A stretch of 63,140 bases of DNA, counting the filler, from Octopus bimaculoides (taxonomy: Eukaryota), in the NCBI RefSeq assembly GCF_001194135.2. It is 7 parts of 6 records of this genome, joined end to end, with 100 filler letters (N's around TTAATTAATTAA, not from the genome) between each part and the next. Parts side by side here need not be neighbours in the genome. Positions count along the whole stretch, not along the records: positions 48,383 to 63,140 come from NC_068998.1; 6 more parts are not named here. One strand, given 5' to 3'. This document shows, one piece after another, positions 53,610 through 63,140 of this stretch. The position numbers were made by a program, and so were the translations under genes. The notes beneath the pieces are model-generated. The model made no database searches. It worked only from the letters and a program-made list of their open reading frames with translations, and had not been told where the DNA came from. The first letter of the stretch is position 1. Every line of letters begins with the position of its first letter.

Positions 53610-54194
53610 CTAAACAATTTAAGCAATTATAATGATTTAGATATTTCATTAATAGAAAAAGAAGCAATACTTTCTGAGATATATATTACATTGAAAGATT
53701 AAATATCATTTCGGTTTTACTAACACGCAGTGTTCCTCGTAAAATGGTAGTTGTTAGAAAAGTAGGAGAATAATTATACGAAAATAAAATAAAATAAAAT
53801 AAAATAAAACAAAATAAAAACACCATATTAAATGATAACAGTAATATATGTACAGACAACGTTGCATGTGATTTTTAGGATCAGGTATAGCACGATTGGC
53901 GGGTCTACATTCTTCATCGGCTTTGTCAACACAGTAAGGTGGCATGACAGTATAACCTGCAAGAATGTTTTATAGTTAGTAACATGCTGAAAGAATGGCT
54001 TAAAATACGCAAATTATAGAATGTTAAACTTTGCTTCAAAAATCTGTTTCAAACAGAAAAAATACTTCGTAGTTTCTACATGTTTTATATGTCAAAAATT
54101 GTGTTAGATTTAAACTTAAACAGCGACATCTTTGTCTTTGTTATAAACAGGTAAAAAGCTAATTAGGATTTATTTGCTTTCATTAATAGTAAGG

Positions 54195-54230
<36 letters not shown>

Positions 54231-56154
54231 TATATATATATATATATANNNNNNNNNNNNNNNNNNNNNNNNNNNNNNNNNNNNNNNNNNNNNNNNNNNN
54301 NNNNNNNNNNNNNNNNNNNNNNNNNNNNNNNNNNNNNNNNNNNNNNNNNNNNNNNNNNNNNNNNNNNNNNNNNNNNNNNNNNNNNNNNNNNNNNNNNNNN
54401 NNNNNNNNNNNNNNNNNNNNNNNNNNNNNNNNNNNNNNNNNNNNNNNNNNNNNNNNNNNNNNNNNNNNNNNNNNNNNNNNNNNNNNNNNNNNNNNNNNNN
54501 NNNNNNNNNNNNNNNNNNNNNNNNNNNNNNNNNNNNNNNNNNNNNNNNNNNNNNNNNNNNNNNNNNNNNNNNNNNNNNNNNNNNNNNNNNNNNNNNNNNN
54601 NNNNNNNNNNNNNNNNNNNNNNNNNNNNNNNNNNNNNNNNNNNNNNNNNNNNNNNNNNNNNNNNNNNNNNNNNNNNNNNNNNNNNNNNNNNNNNNNNNNN
54701 NNNNNNNNNNNNNNNNNNNNNNNNNNNNNNNNNNNNNNNNNNNNNNNNNNNNNNNNNNNNNNNNNNNNNNNNNNNNNNNNNNNNNNNNNNNNNNNNNNNN
54801 NNNNNNNNNNNNNNNNNNNNNNNNNNNNNNNNNNNNNNNNNNNNNNNNNNNNNNNNNNNNNNNNNNNNNNNNNNNNNNNNNNNNNNNNNNNNNNNNNNNN
54901 NNNNNNNNNNNNNNNNNNNNNNNNNNNNNNNNNNNNNNNNNNNNNNNNNNNNNNNNNNNNNNNNNNNNNNNNNNNNNNNNNNNNNNNNNNNNNNNNNNNN
55001 NNNNNNNNNNNNNNNNNNNNNNNNNNNNNNNNNNNNNNNNNNNNNNNNNNNNNNNNNNNNNNNNNNNNNNNNNNNNNNNNNNNNNNNNNNNNNNNNNNNN
55101 NNNNTATATACATGTCTGTGTGTGTGTATTTATATGTATGTGTCATTGTGTCTGTGTGTACGAACTCTTTAAGGTTAAAGCATAATGTTTTGAGAAATAG
55201 AAAGAAATATTTTTACATGTCTATTTACCTGTCATGAGAAGACTGAGAAGGATTACGTATGTCAACGTAGACATCAGCTTCGTTTAGAGCTGAAGAGCAT
55301 GAATGTGTAAATTTGAGTCACCTAGTTCAATGTAAATTTCTCTGATGTAACAGATGTGTATCGAGTATAATAAATTGTAATCGTAATGTAAATGAGATAA
55401 TAAATATGATTTCAACTACTATTAATGTGTTTTAGTATTTAATTCGTCGTTGGCTGTGCTGACTACCACGTAAGCAGCATTGAGAAAGACCAGATTAAGA
55501 TTAATATATATTTTTCATATTTTTAATATGAAACAAATGTTTCTAATATCATGTGTAAATTTATTTGTTTGGACGGTACTATATGTATGATATAGCAAAA
55601 GAAGTATTTAAAAAAATATTCGTAAAACAATATGCGAAAAGATATTCGTAAAACAATATGCGAAAAAATAACGAAAATATTGTATATAGCCACAAAGCCA
55701 AAGGGTTTTCAATCGTCAGATTTCGTATCCAAGATTGGGAAGCTGCAACTTCTAGATTGTTCTAGGTAGACGCTGCTCGCCATATTCTCCACATTGTGGA
55801 TCCGGCTAGAATGGGTGTCTGCGTTGGCCGACCACATGACAGATTGATGCTGCAGATATTGCGTTATCTGTTTCGTAGATGGGACGCCCTATGCAACACA
55901 ATGCTGTAACTCGCACGGACATGCATGTGGCCGCACCTGAAGCTTGATTAATTTTTTAAAAAGCGTGAGAATTACTGTTCAGAATTAGTACATGTTTCAG
56001 CGTGCACTCATTGTAGCTATTTTCAGTAATAAAAATACGAATAGTGAAAAACCATTCTATGTCGCAGAGAGGACTGAATCTTGCGTGTTTTCTGTATGGC
56101 TCTGTTTGGGATTGAATTCTAGATGGTTCTAAGGGGAGAATCATTTATGTTATT

Positions 56155-56860
56155 TCAGTAAAGATTTATAGGGAGGTGCCATAAATCGAAAAGTTCTAAC
56201 CAATCCGTGTCACACAGACTGATTGTATTATGCACAACGATCCCTGTTTTGCCCATAAAATGTAATTTATCGCCCGCTACACAATGCGCTGTTTTCGCTG
56301 TCTCACACAAACTCGGTTTATCAATTTTTTTTCATGTATCCAAACTTATAATCGGAGTGTCACTACCTGGGCCTAACTATAATTTGGTAATTACATCATT
56401 TATGTCTACGTGCAGGAATTTTCCTGTTTTTCCGTCGCAATCACTCACCTTCGAATTATACGTAAATATTCTTAAATTGCGTTAGCCTTGCCGTCTGGCG
56501 TAAACGAGATATTAGATTTTGGACTTCGCCGAAATGTAATTTATCGCCTGCTACACAATGCGCTGTTTTCGCTGTCTTATTATTGTTGTTCTTGTAGCAT
56601 TTGCGTTTGCAACTCCTGTAGTTGTTCCCGTTGCTTCTCTTGAAGCTGAAACTGTCAAATAACCAATGTGTTTCGAACGATCCTCGTCACCAGATGTTGT
56701 GTCATTATGGATACACGAATACAGCGCAATAGTTTAATAACAATGTGATCGAATCAAATGGCAGTAACCACACGGAACGTAACCAAATTGTTTTAAGAAC
56801 CATCAAACCACACGCAAACTCGAACTGTAAATTTTGAACTCGAAATTTGAACTATCAACA
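56155..56860 (-). mobile_element. Internally deleted Ty3/Gypsy-like LTR retrotransposon remnant (LTR end, PBS, gag start, aspartic protease)
   Basis: Putative LTR 56695-56860 bounded by TGTTG/CAACA. PBS TGGTGACGAGGAT at 56680-56692. Gln-rich gag-like start QFQLQEKQREQLQELQTQMLQEQQ. Protease remnant KFLHVDINDVITKL*LGPGSDTPIISLDT*KKIDKPSL...TDWLELFDLWHLPIN (56424-56155), with the catalytic D(S/T)G decayed to GPG. Confidence 0.8.
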
Positions 56861-57645
56861 CATAAACTCTTTCTTTATTTGCCACACACGATCTACAGAA
56901 ACGCCCATTGATTTATGTTAGCATTGCGAATATCACATTAAAATCATTTTAAATTTAGGTTTTTCTCATAATGGAACTATTGATACAGCCAAACACGAAA
57001 TGGTACTTCCGTTTCTACTGGTGCTATGACGAAAAAATCTATATTCCTACTAGACATTTAAAAAAAAAAAAAGATTTGAATCTCCACTTGAATATCAACT
57101 ACAATATTATGTTTTGCTCGACACAAATAACGAAATCCTATTCAAGTCAGTGATGTTCATGACAAGCAATTAGACCCATCACAAATTCAGAATAAAATAT
57201 ATATCTACATCATGGACTCCGTTGAATGCTGCAAAACGTACTTTTAGAAACATTCATTGTTATATATGACTATACTTCCGTCTGTCAAAGTTCCATCAGC
57301 CATGTTATTATTTACGCTTACTGAAATTTTCGCGTTCTCTTTATGTTTAAACTATGAGAGTAATACGCTGTAGTAAATAAATGTCAGTAACATGTTTTTA
57401 AGCCTGACATTTCAGTTCTAAAAGTATCGTGCAACTCTTAGTCTTGTATTGTCGCCTCCAAACAATTGTGGAGGCTAAAATATGCTTGTAACTAGTATAT
57501 GACTTATTGGCCACTGAGCATTTCAGCCCAAATGTATAGCTCAGAAAAAAATAAATGGCGAAAATAAAAATGAAATTATTAGTACGCCGCAGTTCAGTAA
57601 AGAAGTTGACCACAATAGAATATCACAAACACAAACACAAAGAGA

Positions 57646-57711
<66 letters not shown>

Positions 57712-57723
57712 CACACACACACA

Positions 57724-57765
<42 letters not shown>

Positions 57766-57979
57766 CGCACACACATCTAACATAACTAATGGATACAACC
57801 GTAAGTGACAAGAACACCAGAAGAAGATCCGTTGAAATATAAAACACACAAATCATTAAAGGCTGGACAACACCTATAAAAACTAGTACCAATAATAGTT
57901 CTAGGACTAAATTGTGGCATATTGTCCTTTGCGGGAAACACATCTCCGCCATCCATAGATTATATATAAATATACATGT

Positions 57980-58057
57980 ATATGTGCGTGGACATATGTG
58001 CCTGGACATATGTGCGTGGACATATGTGCGTGGACATATGTGCGTGGACATATGTGC
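57980..58057. repeat. 14-bp minisatellite (ATATGTGCGTGGAC x5.5)
   Basis: Units start at 57980, 57994, 58008, 58022, 58036 and 58050, with one substitution. Confidence 0.95.
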
Positions 58058-58328
58058 AATATTTAACCAGAACTAAACAAAAATAAATGGTTACGTTCGC
58101 ACTTAGTAGCATGGTGGAACCCCAAATTCCAGTACATATTTCATGTTTATCCTCTAAATATTTCTGGATGGACTTGAAAATCCCCAGAATATCCAAAACT
58201 ACATAGAGATTCTCTAAAATGTCTGTTATATCTTATTTTGAATAAAATCATTTTTAATGAATCATATCGATGCATATTCGAAGAAATACTGTGAACATGT
58301 TTGATTTCTTGCTTTTTATAAAAGTTAC

Positions 58329-58523
58329 TTATACACCAGTTGATATAAGCGACTTCATGAGACTGACCTGCCGCTCAAATTTTAAGGTCTTTCCCTCTGT
58401 GGTCATTGATTTTCCCGTGAAAATCTGAAGAGCACGTTGCATAATCCATCTTGTTATGAATCAGGATAGTCAAAATATTGTCACATTTAATAAGATGGAT
58501 ATCATCTGAGGAACGTTGTTTAC
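58329..58523 (-). pseudogene. Copy 2 of the duplicated exon (195 nt, phase 1-1) with an in-frame TGA
   Basis: Acceptor TTGCTTAAATTCTGTAG|, donor ATAA|GTAACT. Translation (G)KQRSSDDIHLIKCDNILTILIHNKMDYATCSSDFHGKINDHRGKDLKI*AAGQSHEVAYINWCI, with TGA at 58375-58377. Confidence 0.45.
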
Positions 58524-58890
58524 CTACAGAATTTAAGCAATTAAAAACATTTGGACATTTCGTTAATAGTAATATAAGGAATAAATTTCGCTTTCACCAA
58601 CGAGTAAGCGAATTGGGAGCAATTTTTATTTTGAAGATGGAGGGAATAATACAGAAAGGCTGAAGTGTATCTGAACAGTAAATAAAGCAATAATTTCGTT
58701 ATTTTTCGCATGCTAAGAAGAAAAACTACGATGCTTAAAATCTTGAGTATCCAGTTATGCACACTTATGCATTTATTATAATACCATATCTATTCATTGT
58801 TAGTACGTTCTCACAGCGTCCAGCTTGAATATCTATCTGTCGTTGATTATCCTCATTAGAGTATCGTCCTATCTTTATTATATATGTATT

Positions 58891-59112
58891 GAGGGCAGCG
58901 AGCTGACAGAATAGTTAGTATGCCGGGCGAAATGCCTAATGATATTTCTTCTGTCGCTAAGTTGTCATTTCAAATTTCTCCGCGATTGACTTTGTCTTAC
59001 ATCATTTCGCGGTCGATAAATCAAGTACCAGTTGATTACTGGTGTGGTGGTAATCGACTATCTCCCTCCTTCAGATTTCAGGCCTTGTGCCTATAGTAGA
59101 AAGGAATATTAT
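58891..59112 (+). mobile_element. SINE family C, diverged
   Basis: GGCAGCGAGCTGACAGAA...CCGGGCGAAATGCC...GGTCGATAAATCAAGTACCAG...AGGCCTTGTGCCTATAGTAGAAAGG. Confidence 0.82.
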
Positions 59113-59469
59113 ATATGTGTTACTAACACATGCGATTCACTGGCAGAAGGAAACTATGAGCCGAAACTACCCCCACCGGATGGTTGAATGTAACAAGAGC
59201 ATTGCCACTCGTTTTTCTTCAGACGACAGCGAATTAATTATTTACCGATGCGTGTATATGACTTGACTTCAACACATATAGTTCACGGTGTACACAGACA
59301 AGAAAATATCGCAAAAATTACCTGCCGAGAAGTATTGAGAGTAAGACAATAATTTATTTTGTGTCTTCTCGTTGTTCGATATGGGTCCTATTAAAGGGGT
59401 TTATATCAGACGTTTTGAAACACGTCTAGTAGTGGCACTTATAACTTTTTTCGATTATTGTAAATTCGC

Positions 59470-59760
59470 TATACCATTAGCATGCATCTCTGAAATGTGG
59501 ACAGTTAATAAATCTCGAAGTGACAATTTACATGTATATAATGAAACAGCTGCGACGAATTATATATATCAAGCTCTTTGACAAGATCATGAGTAAAGAG
59601 ATCCTATGGTCTGCTTGTCTTCCTTCAATGATGGAAATCCTCATTGACAGGCATTTCCGTTGGGTGAGACACGTAGATAGGATGAACAAAATTTTATTCT
59701 GCATACAAATCCTTTACTTCCAAATATAAAAGGGAATTTATGATGGATTCGGGGCCTTAA
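59470..59760 (+). pseudogene. RTE-like LINE RT C-terminal fragment
   Basis: SEMWTV...(frameshift)...KQLRRIIYIKLFDKIMSKEILWSACLPSMMEILIDRHFRWVRHVDRM...ILY, resembling the RTE layout SETWT..DKI.N.EVL...RWLGHV.RM..ILY. Confidence 0.7.
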
Positions 59761-61328
59761 ACAGTCTTATAAGAAGGAGTCAGAAGGTGGTTGTCGTAGA
59801 ATTTCTACGGCTTCACCAGCCCCAATTTCAGGACTCAAAATCCCCCCAATTGAAGCTGATGGATTCTTTTGTCAAAACACTCTCTTTCGATGAGAAAATA
59901 AATCGTTGCCGTGTGGCGAACGGTGGAAGGACAAACAAAGGCACACTGCATACGTTATACACTATGTGAATAGGTACAGGCATAAAATTTCCTTCTTTTA
60001 CAGAAGCCCATAAGACATTTTTTGTTCAATTCTATGGTAGAAGTCTCTCACCCAGTGTGTAGTACAGAGGAACAGAAATGAAACCGTGCAGTTGTTAAAT
60101 CGAAATATTTAACCATAGTCTCTCTAACCAACAATCAAAAACAGTTTGCAAGAGATGCACTTAGCTGACTGAATTGAGCACAAAGCCTTGTTCATGGATG
60201 TGGGGACCAAATTAGGCGAACAGAACAATAATTTGGGTGATAAATATATACATAAAAAAGTCGCTGTCCTGGTCATAGATACTGTGCCTTTCTGCAGCAT
60301 GTGTGATTTCTCCAAAATCAAAAGACTCCAATTTATTGCTCCATGATGAGTAACGATTGGAACCATGCAATTTTTGGAAAGACCTTTCAATAGGCCCCGG
60401 GTCAGTGAATGACTGTGACTGTCCGGTCAGTAAAAGGGAAAGTGTTTACAGCTACAGGAATGATGTATTATTTTTATATTCCCTTCTCCGCAAAATTACA
60501 ACAAACGATACTTGTGGTGGTAGCATACATCTTTATTTGTAGAAGTTATATTTAAATAATCAGTGATGTCAGGGCTTCACTTTGGAATAAGTTCTAGGAA
60601 GCGTCCTGTAAGAGGAAAATATATTTGTATTGGAACATTGGTATGGAGTTGAATTGAGCAGAAGTGTGTAATTACAAACTTAGCACTAACGTGATTACGT
60701 CATATAATTATCAGAACATTACATTAACTATATCAAAGTATATGGTGTGCCGACAAAAGTATTTAAGCCGAGAAAACAATTCGAGTGTTTGCTATCTGCC
60801 GATATATGCTACTCTCTTGCTGAGAAACGGTTTAACTGTTGCAATTGAAGAATACAGGAGGTATGCAAAATCATTATAGGACATCGGTAGAGGTTAACGA
60901 AATATTGCACAGGATTCTGTTTAGAATTCACGTTCACAGAAGCATAAATCGTAGTAAAATTTTGCAACGAATTGACATGAGAAAATATGTGGTATTAGTC
61001 TCCTTGCAATGTTCCTTTTGTGATGAAGCAAAATAATCTGAACTATATTACGTACCTTTGTGATATTATTTTCTGGGGCTGTGCATCACGTAGTTTTTTA
61101 CTGGAAATGAACATTTCATTAAATATTATATATATATCAATATGTATATTGAGAATCACAAAATTTTCGGGAGAGTATTTGACAATAACAATAGCATGAG
61201 TGGTAGTTGCCTTCTCGACCACAGAAGGAAGGGAATCCATGAAGACACAATTCTAATTTAGAGTGTAATTATCTGGAATGAGTATTGTGAGACAGTTATC
61301 TCACATTTGAATATTCCCGTTTATTCAG

Positions 61329-61590
61329 AGACCTTTATACATTACACGATTGCTACCTTAAATGCACGTATTGACGATACGTTTCATTTAGTTAGGAGTA
61401 GAATGCAATACGAATTAACAAATGAAATTATTGAACGCAAATGCAACGAGTTTGCGTCACGAACAAAGAGTCAGACATTGCTGTGTGATCAAGAAACTAT
61501 TTTGGCAACTACCTTGTCTCTATTTCAGTCCTACATGACAGAATCATGGGCCAATTTCTTCTACTATATATCCGAACTGACAAACTCTTT
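61329..61590 (+). CDS. Candidate internal exon (262 nt); family not recognised
   Basis: Acceptor CCCGTTTATTCAG|, donor TTT|GTAAGA. Open frame TFIHYTIATLNARIDDTFHLVRSRMQYELTNEIIERKCNEFASR...ESWANFFYYISELTNS with normal amino-acid composition. No partner exon in compatible phase identified. Confidence 0.4.
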
Positions 61591-62519
61591 GTAAGAAAGT
61601 TTAGTGAAGGGAGACTGTGTGGAAACCCACCGCATATATGTTGTTTGGATGTTTAATACGTGTTTTTGTTGTTATGGTTGTCACCCATCACCGCTTGGCA
61701 TCCTTTTAGACTCCTTGCAATATAGCGCTTCTGGAATAGAGGCAGGTAAAACGAAACGAAATTTAAATGACGTACTGGGGTTCGAGTAAACCCTTCGAAT
61801 CAGTTCCCAAGCACGGCCCGCTCTTCTGTCACTGGAACACGCAAAAGACATGGATATATTACAAAATACCAAAGAGACTTACTGTTGCAATGCGAATCAA
61901 ATTTGGCGTCGAAGTGTTTAGAACATTGCATATTTAAACCCTTCAAACATTTCGTCCAATAAACGTAGTGCCTGGAACATAAATGAACAGATTTCTATTG
62001 TGTAAACACTTCATTAACTTCATTGCTTTTCATTTATATCTACGGGAATGCATATTTTTCTTCGAGTGTGTTAATTACATACAGAGATATTTTTGGTTGA
62101 TTTCTAGTATAGCAATCATATACATAAAACATTGTCTAACATTTTGGCCTCTACTTTTTCATAGAAATTACCAGTGTACGAGTTAATTGTATCGATATAA
62201 ACTTTTATCATTGTCAGAATGATCTTCCAATAGACGCCCACGACCACCATAGTAACGTGACGTTATCTTTAAAGAAATATCTTGGAAAAATTACCAGACA
62301 TTAACTACAGTTATATATACATATACTCCTTAACGGAAGACTTTTGGATAAAGAGAATGAGTTGTTGCAAGTTAAATATTCAAAGAAATCATCAGTCTTT
62401 ATGCAGTATAGTTTTAATTGGCAATAACCAACATAAGATGTTGTCCGTGGATATTGGTTTCCAATCTTGCCACCAGGCTAGTAAATTTGTAGGAGCATAG
62501 ACTACTACATGAAGTCCAT

Positions 62520-62870
62520 TAGTACTTATTTTATTGAGACCAAGAGTGATTAAAGGCAATTTGAACCTCGGAATTTGAATTCAGACACGTAGGAGAAATA
62601 AAAATGTCATTAGGTATTGTGTCGACATGCTAAAGATTCTGCCGCCTATACGGTATTATTGAACACTAGAATAAAGGCAGAAAAGTTTGCACACCGAGGA
62701 AAATGCCTGGCGGCATTTCGATTGTATTTACGTTCTCAATCCAAATACTGCCGAGGTCAACTTTGCCTTTTTATCTTTTCGAGTCTACAAAATAATTACC
62801 AGTAGAGCAGTGATGTCATCAAATTGACTCAACTCATTCTCCAAACATGTTGGCCTTAGAAAACTCGATT
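62520..62870. mobile_element. Two degenerate family C SINE copies in opposite orientation (about 62520-62650 minus, 62673-62870 plus)
   Basis: Blocks GAACCTCGGAATTTGAATTCAG (reverse complement) and CTGCCGAGGTCAACTTTGCCTTT...GTTGGCCTT. Confidence 0.65.
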
Positions 62871-63140
62871 ATTTGATAAAATAAGGCAGCGAATTGTCAG
62901 ATTCTTTAGTACGCCACACAACATGATTAACGCCATTTACTGAATGAATATAATGAACTATTTGAGCAAGAAATTACGTACAGACACATATCTTCATGAG
63001 TTTCTTCCTCAGGATTTTGTTTATAATTGCAAACTTCCTGGGCCGTTTTAAAGCAATAATCTGAATAGGCTGAATAATCTGATAGGGTCACACCTGAAAA
63101 GCAATATTCATGTCTATATTTGCGGGTATGTATGTATATA

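Noticed and set aside
55616-55666. 26-bp tandem duplication
   Set aside because: It is an ordinary two-copy slippage duplication with no further structure.
60120-60450. Possible LINE endonuclease remnant
   Set aside because: There are only vague motif similarities, with several stops and no catalytic motifs.

Overview
This is an AT-rich, repeat-dominated eukaryotic window with many N-gaps, six artificial TTAATTAATTAA contig spacers and abundant microsatellites. The SINE families look like those of Octopus (recognised from memory, not by database search). I recognise no complete gene, and nearly all ORFs in the supplied track are microsatellite or gap artefacts. Supportable content: (i) many tRNA-derived SINE copies, three with clear target-site duplications; (ii) a rearranged Penelope-like element (PLE) with an inverted RT fragment, thumb and GIY-YIG endonuclease remnants and a variant minimal hammerhead ribozyme, plus a second, older PLE remnant; (iii) a stand-alone type I hammerhead ribozyme with an intact catalytic core at 49958-50015 (minus); (iv) a CR1/L2-like LINE remnant interrupted by a 20-bp minisatellite and a 665-bp TIR element with an 8-bp TSD; (v) an internally deleted Gypsy-like remnant with LTR end, tRNA-Ser PBS and protease; (vi) an RTE-like LINE fragment; (vii) a dispersed 28S rRNA fragment; (viii) candidate exons, including a signal-peptide first coding exon and a pair of duplicated phase 1-1 exons. 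I cannot demonstrate a previously undescribed system. The best leads are the hammerhead ribozymes and the duplicated exon pair.
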